58,409 nt of DNA. Origin: an uncultured Clostridia bacterium (lineage in GTDB: Bacteria > CAYTYR01 > UBA6262). Positions within the stretch are counted from its first letter, which is position 1. Every line of letters starts with the position of its first letter. The notes beneath the pieces are model-generated. The model was not told the origin of the DNA and searched no databases. It saw only the letters and a program-made list of their open reading frames with translations. Below are positions 27,917 to 37,255 of this stretch, one piece after another. Both the position numbers and the translations under genes were made by a program. Location: NCBI GenBank assembly GCA_964441745.1, contig CAYTYR010000015.1:1-58409 (forward strand), in the 5' to 3' direction.

Positions 27917-28444
27917 TTATGTTTTAGAAATTTTAGTATTTAACTGCGGCCAACAGTCAAGGCAAAAAGAAGGATACTTTATATCGATCTCGTGGAGATT
28001 GCGGGCATAGGACATCAGGCATTTCTGGTCACGGCATAAGCCAATCTCCAGCAACAAAGCTATTTCCCGCAAGATCAATTTCAGGGCCCGGGCCTGGAAG
28101 ACTGCCTCATTGGCAGGTAATTTATAGAACTCCTGGCGTAAACGCGGCAGGGCTATAAGGCCCATTCTTCGATTAAGCTCTTCACGGTTATAGATGAAAT
28201 TATCTTCTGATTCAGAAATATCAGCTTCGACCAGTCCGATCAAGAATTTTTGCTGGTCATTATTTGGCAGGTGGGCTAAGCGGGCCAGGACAAAGGGGGC
28301 AGTGGTTTTTTCCGGCAACACCAGGGCAGGATGGGTCTCTACCGCCAGGTCATTACCTTTCAATTTATCCTTTACTTGCGCAGCGAGTAAGGTCACCAAT
28401 GATTCTGGTATTTGTCCGATCGGGACAAGACCAATTCTGATCAC
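27917..28444 (-). CDS. Archaemetzincin (peptidase M54)-like protein, apparently catalytically inactive
   Basis: RLRQEFY, C.DQKCLMS and FCLDC are conserved, but HEXXHXXGXXH is replaced by REIALLLEIGL. Confidence 0.75.
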   Translation of the reverse strand: MIRIGLVPIGQIPESLVTLLAAQVKDKLKGNDLAVETHPALVLPEKTTAPFVLARLAHLPNNDQQKFLIGLVEADISESEDNFIYNREELNRRMGLIALPRLRQEFYKLPANEAVFQARALKLILREIALLLEIGLCRDQKCLMSYARNLHEIDIKYPSFCLDCWPQLNTKISKT

Positions 28445-28458
28445 TTTTTTTTCTCTCT

Positions 28459-30798
28459 TTAAGCAACTTTTGGGTTTAGCGCTTCTTGCAGCACATCCGC
28501 TAACTTATCAACCAGGACAAATTTTATCTTCTCCCTTATTTCCTGGGGTATATCTTCCAAGTCGCCCTCGTTCTTTTTAGGCAAAATGATCGTATTGATC
28601 CCGGCCAAGTGCGCCGCTAAAACTTTTTCTTTGATGCCTCCTACCGGCAGGACTTCACCGCGCAAGGTGATCTCCCCAGTCATGGCCAAGTCATGCTTGA
28701 CTGCCCTGTCGGTCAATAGGGAAACCAGTGAGGTAGCCATGGTTACCCCGGCCGAGGGGCCATCTTTCGGTATGGCTCCCGCAGGAACATGCACATGTAT
28801 ATCCATAGTCTCAAAAAAATCATCAGCGATGTTCAGGTCCAGAGCATGAGACCGGATATAGCTCAAGGCCGCCTGGGCGGATTCTTTCATCACCTCGCCC
28901 AATTGCCCGGTCAAGGTTAATCCCTTATTACCCCGCATTTTGGATGATTCAATGAACAGGATCTCCCCGCCCATCGGCGTCCAAGCCAGGCCAGTCGCTA
29001 CGCCGACAGCATCTTTTTTCTCGGCTACCTCGGGAATGTATTTTTTCGGGCCCAGGAATTCCTGGATATTCTGGTCAGTAATAACAACTTTATCCGCAAC
29101 ACCCTCGGCTACCTTAGTAGCGACTTTGCGGCAGACGCCGGCGATTTCCCGCTCTAAATTACGCAGTCCGGCTTCCCGGGAATAATTAGTAATGATCTTT
29201 AACACTCCTGAGGGCGTAAACTCAATATTAGCGGCAGTCAGCCCATGCTCCTTAGTCTGCCTGGGGATTAAATATTTCTGGGTAATTAATAACTTTTCAT
29301 TCTGGGTATAGCCTGGCAGCTCCAGCACTTCCATCCGGTCCCGCAAAGCCGGAGGCACCGGATCAAGAATATTGCCAGTGGCAATAAAAATAACCCGTGA
29401 CAGGTCAAAAGGCACGTCCAGGTAATGGTCGGAAAAAGAATTATTCTGTTCAGGATCCAGCACTTCCAATAAGGCGCTGGCCGGGTCGCCGCGAAAATCT
29501 TCGCCGATCTTGTCTATTTCATCCAGCATAAATACCGGATTATTGCTTTCCGCCCGGCGGATCCCCTGGATGATGCGGCCCGGCAAACTGCCAACATAAG
29601 TACGGCGATGGCCGCGGATCTCAGCCTCATCCCTGATCCCGCCCAGGGAGATACGCACAAATTTTCGTCCCAAAGCCCTGGCGATGGACCGGCCCAGAGA
29701 GGTTTTTCCGGTACCCGGGGGCCCAATGAAACATAAGATCGGGCCTTTGGCTTCCGGCCGCAATTTCCTGACGGCCAGATATTCCAGGATCCGCTGTTTC
29801 ACCTTTTCCAAATCATAATGGTCCTCATCCAGGATCTGCCTGGCCTGGGCAATATCCAGCATGTCAGCGGTAGCTTTACTCCAGGGCAGTCCGGTCAGCC
29901 AATCCAAATAGGTGCGGCTAACGGTATATTCAGCCGCGGCAAAAGGCATTTTCATCAAGCGTAATAACTCACGTTCCGCTTCTTTTTCGACCTCCAGCGG
30001 CATTTTAGCTTCCTTGATCTTAATCTTTAGCTCATTCAATTCAATCGTCTTTTCATCACCTTCACCAAGTTCCCGCTGAATCGCTTCCATCTGCTTGCGC
30101 AGGAAAAACTCTTTTTGCGTGCGGTCAACTTCAGTCCGTACCTGAGATTGGATCTTACTGCCCAGCTCCAAAACCGCCAGTTCTTCAGTCAAATAAACAG
30201 TCAAACGTTCCAGCCTCTTCCTAATATCTATCGTTTCCAGTAACTCCTGTTTGATCCTGATATCCAGGGTCAGATTGGAAGAAATGAAATCGCTTAACTT
30301 ATTAGGTGATTCAATATTCATCGCGGCAATATATACTTCTTCGCTCAAATAAGGAGCCAGATTCACTAATTTCTGGAACAGGGATAAAACATTGCGCATC
30401 ATGGCCTGTACTTCCAGGCTTCTTTCCTCAACCTCTTCCAGTACTTCCACCCGGCCTTTTAGATATGGTTCAGCCTGCACGATGCCTTTTAATTTGGCCC
30501 GGCTCAGGCCTTGCACGATCAAGCGCAAAGAACCGTCAGGGAACTTCAGCATTTTCAAGATCAGGACCACGGTCCCCATATCAAATAAGTCATTAACCTG
30601 CGGATCTTCGGCATTGGAATCTTTTTGGGAAAAAAGAGCGATGATCTTATCCCGCACCAGCGCATCCTCGACCAGCCTGATCGATTTCTCCCGGCCAATG
30701 ATGATCGGGCTCACCACAAAAGGGTAAAAAACCGTATCCCGGACCGGCAAGATCGGCACTTCGGTAGGCAGGTCTATGCGCACTTTCTCTTCATACAT
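28459..30798 (-). CDS. lon: ATP-dependent Lon protease
   Basis: Lon N-domain, GPPGTGKTS, DEIDK, PKDGPSAG (Ser) and GGIKEK (Lys). Confidence 0.98.
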   Translation of the reverse strand: MYEEKVRIDLPTEVPILPVRDTVFYPFVVSPIIIGREKSIRLVEDALVRDKIIALFSQKDSNAEDPQVNDLFDMGTVVLILKMLKFPDGSLRLIVQGLSRAKLKGIVQAEPYLKGRVEVLEEVEERSLEVQAMMRNVLSLFQKLVNLAPYLSEEVYIAAMNIESPNKLSDFISSNLTLDIRIKQELLETIDIRKRLERLTVYLTEELAVLELGSKIQSQVRTEVDRTQKEFFLRKQMEAIQRELGEGDEKTIELNELKIKIKEAKMPLEVEKEAERELLRLMKMPFAAAEYTVSRTYLDWLTGLPWSKATADMLDIAQARQILDEDHYDLEKVKQRILEYLAVRKLRPEAKGPILCFIGPPGTGKTSLGRSIARALGRKFVRISLGGIRDEAEIRGHRRTYVGSLPGRIIQGIRRAESNNPVFMLDEIDKIGEDFRGDPASALLEVLDPEQNNSFSDHYLDVPFDLSRVIFIATGNILDPVPPALRDRMEVLELPGYTQNEKLLITQKYLIPRQTKEHGLTAANIEFTPSGVLKIITNYSREAGLRNLEREIAGVCRKVATKVAEGVADKVVITDQNIQEFLGPKKYIPEVAEKKDAVGVATGLAWTPMGGEILFIESSKMRGNKGLTLTGQLGEVMKESAQAALSYIRSHALDLNIADDFFETMDIHVHVPAGAIPKDGPSAGVTMATSLVSLLTDRAVKHDLAMTGEITLRGEVLPVGGIKEKVLAAHLAGINTIILPKKNEGDLEDIPQEIREKIKFVLVDKLADVLQEALNPKVA

Positions 30799-30820
30799 AC
30801 AAACTCCTCGTTTAGTTCAG

Positions 30821-31231
30821 TTATTTTTTCTTCGGCACGATGATCTCAATAAATCCATTGGCCCAGGTGGTTTTGATTTTGCCTCTGGCCTGAACTGCCG
30901 GCAAAGGCACGACCCGTTCAAAAGCGCCATAATGTATTTCCATCTGGTAATAATTAGTTTTGACGGCCGTCCGTTCTTCCCGGCGCTGGCCGCGGATATG
31001 CAAAGCGTTATTTTTAAATTTTATTTCCACATCTTGGCGGCTGATCCCGGGTATTTCCAGGCGGACCGTAATATTCCGCGGGGTTTCATAGACGTCGCAG
31101 GGCGGGCGCCAGGATTGCTGGCAGCTCATGCGGGGAGGTGTTTTACATTTCAACAGCTGGTTAAAGAGCTTATTCATTTCATAGGACAGGACGCTGAAAT
31201 TAGCGAACAAATCCTCTTTCGAGCCGCTCAT
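30821..31231 (-). CDS. Hsp20/alpha-crystallin small heat-shock protein
   Basis: WRPPCDVYET, EIPG, EIHYGAFER and NGFIEI.VPK motifs. Confidence 0.9.
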   Translation of the reverse strand: MSGSKEDLFANFSVLSYEMNKLFNQLLKCKTPPRMSCQQSWRPPCDVYETPRNITVRLEIPGISRQDVEIKFKNNALHIRGQRREERTAVKTNYYQMEIHYGAFERVVPLPAVQARGKIKTTWANGFIEIIVPKKK

Positions 31232-32460
31232 TGGCTTTTCTCCCTTTTGGGGGCCTTGGTCTCTTGTGGCATTTTCTTACCGGTAAAGATTTGCTGGATC
31301 ATTTTATAAGCCAATCGCGGCTGGCGCGTATTAAGCCCGTTAACGATGGCTTTGTCCTGGGCGACCAGGCCCCACCATTCTTCGTTCATGTTCATATTTC
31401 TTTCCGCTTTTATATCTTTCCAATAAGCTCCGTTCGACCAGCAAGCATCAGTATCCTGCTCGATCAAACTGCCGCCTTCGCGCTTCCACCATTCATCGCA
31501 CCATTCAAAGAGAAATCCGCCCAGGGAATTGCCGAACCCCAGGCCGCCGGTGGCATTTTCCGCAATTTCTTTCCACTGGCTCTGAATAAAATCAGCCTGG
31601 ACCTGCTGGTCCTCGCATTTTTTATACGCATCATAGGCGTCACAGCCGAATTCCAGCATAAGTACCGGTTTTTTCCATTCCCGGTCCACCTCCCGCCAAA
31701 AATTGCCAAAACTTTTACCGCGGTAACAGACCGAGCCCAGTATATCAATATGGGAATTATAGCGTTTGGCCACTGAAATCGAAGCCAGGTCCCCGTTGCC
31801 CAGCGCCACCGGGTGATGCGGATCAAGCTGTTTGATCTTGCCGGCCAGTTTATTCACAAACGAATAATATATTTTAGCCTGGGTTAGTTTCTTCTTCTGA
31901 GGATCGCTGATCTTTTCCAGCTCAGGGCTGGTCCAGTAATTTATTTTTTGCGGCGCGAAGGAATAGTTATTCTCATTGCCCAGGACCCACATCAGGATCC
32001 CCGGCGTATTTTTATAAGTCTTGACCATGTCCAGGACTTCTTTAGTCACTGCTTCCTGGAACTGGGGATTGGCATAATCCGCCTGCCACCAATCCAGCCA
32101 ATGGCCCATCACGCTGCTGATCTCAAAGTTTTTATACAAGTCGGTAATCACTCTTTTCGTCTGGCGGATATTTTCACCCGGCTGGTAAAAGCGGACGGTA
32201 TTAATACCTGCTTTTTTCATCATCTGCCCATCCAGTAACCAGGGCTGGTTCGGGTCACCGCAGAAATTATAATCAGCATTCCCGCCAATTGGTACCGGAT
32301 GGTAACAAACCCCGCGGATAAAATATAATTGTCCGTTAACCAGCAGTTGATACTGGCCCATGACGTTTTTTACTATCTCCACTTTGGCCCGTGCCCAGGC
32401 TGAGGAGACAACCAGCAGGATTATAGCGATGAGAATTACTACGCCTAGAGTACGTTTCAT
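31228..32460 (-). CDS. Secreted GH2-like TIM-barrel glycoside hydrolase
   Basis: Signal peptide, GINTVRFY, WVLGNEN (acid/base), MLEFGCD (nucleophile) and FEWCDEWWK. Confidence 0.8.
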   Translation of the reverse strand: MKRTLGVVILIAIILLVVSSAWARAKVEIVKNVMGQYQLLVNGQLYFIRGVCYHPVPIGGNADYNFCGDPNQPWLLDGQMMKKAGINTVRFYQPGENIRQTKRVITDLYKNFEISSVMGHWLDWWQADYANPQFQEAVTKEVLDMVKTYKNTPGILMWVLGNENNYSFAPQKINYWTSPELEKISDPQKKKLTQAKIYYSFVNKLAGKIKQLDPHHPVALGNGDLASISVAKRYNSHIDILGSVCYRGKSFGNFWREVDREWKKPVLMLEFGCDAYDAYKKCEDQQVQADFIQSQWKEIAENATGGLGFGNSLGGFLFEWCDEWWKREGGSLIEQDTDACWSNGAYWKDIKAERNMNMNEEWWGLVAQDKAIVNGLNTRQPRLAYKMIQQIFTGKKMPQETKAPKREKSQ

Positions 32461-32482
32461 TTTACCCCCGGGAAAAGACAAA

Positions 32483-32848
32483 TTATTTTAAATACTTTTT
32501 CACTTCCGCCAGCAATACTTCCGGACGGAACGGCTTGATCACATAACCATTGGCTCTGACTTTTTGAGCTTCCAATATTGTTTCTTTCTGGATTTTTGCG
32601 CTCAGTATTATTACCGGGATCTGGGCCAGGTCTGGATCTTTTTTTATTTTGGCACAGACCTGCAAACCATCTATCTTTGGCATCATGATATCCAGGATCA
32701 GCAAATCCGGCTTTTCACTGGTTATCATGGGTAAAGCTTCTTCACCGTCTGCCGCGGTAATTACTTCATACCCACTGGCTTCCAAACGCGATTTCACCAG
32801 TAGTAATAATTTGGGTTCATCATCAACCAATAATATTTTATTACCCAC
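32483..32848 (-). CDS. Single-domain response regulator (CheY-like)
   Basis: VDD, LDIMMP, LSA and KPF motifs. Confidence 0.95.
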   Translation of the reverse strand: MGNKILLVDDEPKLLLLVKSRLEASGYEVITAADGEEALPMITSEKPDLLILDIMMPKIDGLQVCAKIKKDPDLAQIPVIILSAKIQKETILEAQKVRANGYVIKPFRPEVLLAEVKKYLK

Positions 32849-32850
32849 CT

Positions 32851-33234
32851 TTATCCCTCATGCTTTTTACTTAGTTCTTTGACCATACCCAGCAGCGCTT
32901 CCGGTGAAAAAGGCTTCATAATGACATAATCCACTCCTAAAGACCGGCATTTTTCTTCTAATTCCTGGACATTAGACGCAGTAAAAATAATGATCGGTAT
33001 CTTGGCCAATTCCGGATCTGCTTTCAATTGTCTGGCCACTTCATATCCATTAAGATCAGGCATGACAATATCCAACAGGATCAGGTCAGGGTTTTCCTCT
33101 TTTACCTTTTCCAGGGCTTGTAAACCGCCATAAGCAGTAGCTACGTTAAAACCATTGGCTTCCAGCCTGGATTTTAAGAGTATCCGCACATGAGGTTCGT
33201 CATCCACTACCAGTATTTTTTTATTAGCGCTCAT
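32851..33234 (-). CDS. Single-domain response regulator (CheY-like)
   Basis: VDD, LDIVMP, FTA and KPF motifs. Confidence 0.95.
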   Translation of the reverse strand: MSANKKILVVDDEPHVRILLKSRLEANGFNVATAYGGLQALEKVKEENPDLILLDIVMPDLNGYEVARQLKADPELAKIPIIIFTASNVQELEEKCRSLGVDYVIMKPFSPEALLGMVKELSKKHEG

Positions 33235-36200
33235 TTTGCCTCCTCTAATTTGCTCTTGGCCAGTCGGAGCAGCTCTTCAGACTCATGGCCATCTTCCGGA
33301 TAGATCACCAGCGCGTAAGACAACCCAGCAACAGGAACTTGTTTTTCCTGGCAGGTTTCCAGGATGCGCTGGCACAGGGAATTAGCTCCAGGCCGGGCAG
33401 ACCTGATCAGGACAGCGAGCAAGGTGCGCTCTTCAAATCGTAAGACCAGGTCGTCTGCTCTCCTGACTGTGTACCTGGCGGCGGCTTCGACTCCATCCAG
33501 GATCGTCATTACCTGCGGGGCATCCTTAGCCGGCTGGATCAAGAGCAAAGCCAGGTTCTCATACTCCTTTTTGGCTTTTTCCAGCTGGTCCCGTAAAAAA
33601 TCATGAAAAACAGAATCAGCTGATAATTTGGGCAGGGTAACAATAAATTTACTGCCTTTTCCCAGTTCACTTTGCAGGCTGATCGTGCCACCGTGCAACT
33701 CCACCAGGCTCTTACTGATCGGCAGGCCCAGGCCGGTCCCGCGATATCCTGGTCCCGCTATTCGGTTGATCTGTTCAAAGCGGTCAAATATTTTGTGGAA
33801 GTCTTCGGCAGCTATACCCCGGCCATGATCTGCCACAATTATTTCGACCGCCTGCGCCTGATCCACCAGGTAAATTTCTACTTTCCCTTTATCCGGCGAG
33901 AATTTGATGGCATTATCAATCAAGTTACTGATGACCTGCTTGATCCGGTCTTCATCAAAAAACAAAGCCAAGCCAGGCCGGTCAAAATGCATTTCCATAG
34001 TGATCTGACGCTCCTGCGCCCGCACTTCCAGGTTCTTAACCATAGTCTTGATCACTGGGACTATATCTTGTTCTGTTTTATTTAAAATAACCTTCCCGGC
34101 CTCGATCTTGGAGACATCGAGCAGGTCATTGATCATGCGGGTCAGGCGGTCAATTTCTTCCGTAGCAATATACAGAAATTCTTTTTGGCCTGGATTAAGA
34201 ACTCCTTTGATCCCTTCTAAGACCTGAGCAATGGATTCACGGATACAGGTGATCGGTGTCCGCAATTCATGGGAAACGATGGAAATAAATTCGGTTTTTA
34301 GCCGATCTATTTCCTTTTGCCTGGTCACATCCCGAAAAGCCAGGGCTAGTCCGATAATCTCTTTCCCTTCATTAAAAACAGGAGCAATATCAAAATGCAG
34401 GATCCGTACAGGATCTGTGCCTATTTTTACTTCCTTGCTGGTTAATTTGCTCTTTTCCCATGATTCAACGAGACTCAGGTCCAGTCCCAGTTCAGTTAAT
34501 CTTTCCAAAGCCTTAGCGCAATCCTTTTCTTCTTTCTGGCAGCCCAGTAAATACCTGGCCATATCATTACTCACCGCGATCTGCCCATTTTTATCCAGCA
34601 TGATCACGCCTTCGTTCAGCGATTCAACCAGCACGGAGATCTTTTCATTCCATTCCAGGAGTTTGCTTTGCATGACCTGCATTTCCTGCCTGTTTTCCTC
34701 AAAATCCTCCAACAAAGAAAGCATCACTTCCCTGGATTCTTTGGCTTCCTGCAAAGTCTGTTCCAGTACTTTGGTCCGCTCCCTGATCTTTTCTTCCAGC
34801 GTTGAGCTGTACTGTTCCAGTGCGTTCTTAGAATTATTAAGTTCTTCGATCATTTGCAGGTTTTCCCGCAAATCGGCGCCAACCAGGATCAGGCCGTCAA
34901 TTTCATTTTTCTTGTCCCGCACCAGGGTGCAGGAAAGGCTGACCGGGATAGGATCCAGGGTTTTGGTCCGGTATTTTACCACGACATTCCGGGTCGGGTG
35001 CTTTTTAGTTTTAGTGATCAGGTCAGCCAGGATCTCAACACTCTCCCCTTCCTGGAACAAAATATCCACGGTTTTGTTTGTTAGCTCATCACGGGTATAA
35101 CCCAGCAAATGGAGCGTTACATTGTTTACTTCCCTGATCGTGCCGTCATTATGCAGGACAACCAGGGAATCACTCATACTATTAATAATGTTCTCAAAGA
35201 ATAGCTTCCGGTCAGTGATATCCTGATGCGCTGTCTTCAAGTCCGTGATCATCCACCCAAACGACTGGGCTAATTGCTCGATCTCATCCCCGGTCTTGAT
35301 ATCGGGCCGGTAATTTAAATCCCCGGTAGCGGCTTTTTGCATGGCCTGCTGTAATTTAGCGATCGAATCCACGATCCGACGGCTAAAGAAAATATTAAAG
35401 GGAATAAGTATCAGCAGTAATCCCGCAGCTAAGGCAAATTGCCTGGAGAATATCCGCCTGATCGGGGCAAAGGCTACAGATGTTTCTTGCGACAAGATCA
35501 CGATCCAGTGAAGATTGTTAGCCGACAGGATATTGTTTACTACCCGCGCATATGTAATAACAGCTTGGTGACCGTTTATATCATTGCCGAGTACCCAGGA
35601 TTCTTTGCCAGCAGCGATTAGTTTCTTTATCTCTTTTTGGAAGTTACTTTTGGATATGTTTCTGTTCAGCTCACTAAAAAGTATTGCTCCGGTATTATCA
35701 GCCAACAGGGCTATACTGCCGGGTATACTTTTAATTATAGTCATAGCTGCTAATTCATTTTTGATGTCAAAAACTTCCTTTAACAGCCCGATAACATTAT
35801 CCTGGCTGTCCCTGATCGGCACGCAAATTGGTATCGACCAAGCCTGGCTCGATTCATCGAATTCAATTTGCCCGATATAGACTTTCCCGGCCCCTTCATT
35901 ATAAGCCTTTTGCCACCACTCTTCGTCAGCCTGATAAAAATCAGAAGTTTTGTTGGAAGCAGCTACCAGCCCGCCAAACCTGTCAGTAATGAATATTTCC
36001 GTGACTCTTTCCCTGATTTGATCAGATTTTAATAACTGCTCTCCAATAGTGTTACGGATATATTTTTGTACCAGGGCTGAATCTGGCGAAGCAGTTATCC
36101 ACTGCAGGTCCATACTAGTAAAGTAGCTATTCCTGTCGGCAATTTTGCTGTAAGAGGCATTAGCCTTTTGCAAGGGTGTTTTAAAGCTGAGCCGATCCGC

Positions 36201-36410
36201 AAAGATAGTTATATTGGCTACTTCTTCCTGGATGACCGCGGAGATATTACCAGCAATTAAAGTAGAGCGGTTAGACAGATGGGTACCGATAGTCTGTTTC
36301 CGGTCCATAGAAATAGAATAATAACTATAGATACTGATGCTGACCAGGATCAAGCAAGTTAGGAGTAGATTATTCACCAGCATTTTTTCTCTCAGGCTGA
36401 TCATTCTCAT
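33231..36410 (-). CDS. Cache-HAMP-PAS-PAS histidine kinase with degenerate GGDEF-like C-terminus
   Basis: TM, Cache (DFYQADEEWWQ), TM, HAMP, 2 PAS, then SHELRTP, NLIDNAIKF and GTGLGL. Tail VRRADDLV...YPEDG...LLRLA lacks GGDEF. Confidence 0.93.
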   Translation of the reverse strand: MRMISLREKMLVNNLLLTCLILVSISIYSYYSISMDRKQTIGTHLSNRSTLIAGNISAVIQEEVANITIFADRLSFKTPLQKANASYSKIADRNSYFTSMDLQWITASPDSALVQKYIRNTIGEQLLKSDQIRERVTEIFITDRFGGLVAASNKTSDFYQADEEWWQKAYNEGAGKVYIGQIEFDESSQAWSIPICVPIRDSQDNVIGLLKEVFDIKNELAAMTIIKSIPGSIALLADNTGAILFSELNRNISKSNFQKEIKKLIAAGKESWVLGNDINGHQAVITYARVVNNILSANNLHWIVILSQETSVAFAPIRRIFSRQFALAAGLLLILIPFNIFFSRRIVDSIAKLQQAMQKAATGDLNYRPDIKTGDEIEQLAQSFGWMITDLKTAHQDITDRKLFFENIINSMSDSLVVLHNDGTIREVNNVTLHLLGYTRDELTNKTVDILFQEGESVEILADLITKTKKHPTRNVVVKYRTKTLDPIPVSLSCTLVRDKKNEIDGLILVGADLRENLQMIEELNNSKNALEQYSSTLEEKIRERTKVLEQTLQEAKESREVMLSLLEDFEENRQEMQVMQSKLLEWNEKISVLVESLNEGVIMLDKNGQIAVSNDMARYLLGCQKEEKDCAKALERLTELGLDLSLVESWEKSKLTSKEVKIGTDPVRILHFDIAPVFNEGKEIIGLALAFRDVTRQKEIDRLKTEFISIVSHELRTPITCIRESIAQVLEGIKGVLNPGQKEFLYIATEEIDRLTRMINDLLDVSKIEAGKVILNKTEQDIVPVIKTMVKNLEVRAQERQITMEMHFDRPGLALFFDEDRIKQVISNLIDNAIKFSPDKGKVEIYLVDQAQAVEIIVADHGRGIAAEDFHKIFDRFEQINRIAGPGYRGTGLGLPISKSLVELHGGTISLQSELGKGSKFIVTLPKLSADSVFHDFLRDQLEKAKKEYENLALLLIQPAKDAPQVMTILDGVEAAARYTVRRADDLVLRFEERTLLAVLIRSARPGANSLCQRILETCQEKQVPVAGLSYALVIYPEDGHESEELLRLAKSKLEEAK

Positions 36411-37255
36411 ACGGTTTGGGCGCCTTTGTTTTTAGCCAGTTCCTGTTTTAAAGTTTCGACTTGTGCCTTCAGGTCTATGATCCGTTTTTCGCGGTCGATC
36501 GTCGTCCGATGCAACAACTGCATTTCCTCTATTTTCTGGCGCAATTCCTGCCTGGAATTATCCAATGCTTCGATGATCTTTCCCGTCTTGGAAAATTCCC
36601 TGATTGCGCTCAGAGCGCCTATGACCTGGCCTTGTTTGTCTTTCATGACGATTATATCAGCCAACACCTGAGTACCCTGGCAGTTGCGGAAAGACATTTC
36701 CTTGATCGCTCCCTGCATAAACACTTTTTCAAATTTCTGGGCAAAAGCCGGCCGGTCATCTACTGATACTACATTTTTTATATCCTTTTTTAAAACATCT
36801 TCCTGGCTTAAACCGGTTTGCTCTAAAATCAGCTTATTGCAAAACAGGACTTTACCTTTGGCATCAGTCTTGATTATACCCTCAGGTATCGTTTGCAGTA
36901 ACAGCTGCAGGTCCTGCCGCTGTTGTTCAAGTTCATCATTGGTTGACCGGAGTTCATCTTCCGCTGCCTGTAATTCCTGGTTAGCGGCCTGCAGTTCCTG
37001 ATTGGCTGCGGCCGCCGCGATCTGGGCATTGCGCAGTTCCTGGTTGAGCTCCTGGTAATACCTGGCGATGGTTCTCTTGTTCAAGGTCATGATGACAAAA
37101 ATGCAGATACTGATAAAAATGACTGTGGAATAATGATAGAAAACATTATCTTCGATCAGAAAAACCTTGGTTTTCAGCACTTCAAAAACCACGGTCAGAA
37201 TAAAAATAATCACGGTAGATAACAGTACTAGGAATTTTGGTTTATTGCTGGCCAT
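36407..37255 (-). CDS. 2-TM, coiled-coil, PAS protein without an enzymatic output domain
   Basis: Two TM helices, NQELQA heptads and one PAS domain. C-terminus DREKRIIDLKAQV. Confidence 0.85.
   Translation of the reverse strand: MASNKPKFLVLLSTVIIFILTVVFEVLKTKVFLIEDNVFYHYSTVIFISICIFVIMTLNKRTIARYYQELNQELRNAQIAAAAANQELQAANQELQAAEDELRSTNDELEQQRQDLQLLLQTIPEGIIKTDAKGKVLFCNKLILEQTGLSQEDVLKKDIKNVVSVDDRPAFAQKFEKVFMQGAIKEMSFRNCQGTQVLADIIVMKDKQGQVIGALSAIREFSKTGKIIEALDNSRQELRQKIEEMQLLHRTTIDREKRIIDLKAQVETLKQELAKNKGAQTV

Noticed and set aside
28459-31231. hsp20-lon adjacency as a novelty
   Set aside because: A common, already known protein quality-control pairing.
34231-35100. 289-aa + strand ORF and many other antisense ORFs in the track (e.g. 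3817..4392, 5570..6133, 31231..31776, 38175..38720)
   Set aside because: They are shadows of well-supported - strand genes, with no motifs or SD and Ser-rich antisense-type composition.
36950-37050. 21-nt direct repeats in the PAS gene
   Set aside because: Explained by coiled-coil heptads (NQELQAA) with synonymous variation; not a DNA-level element.
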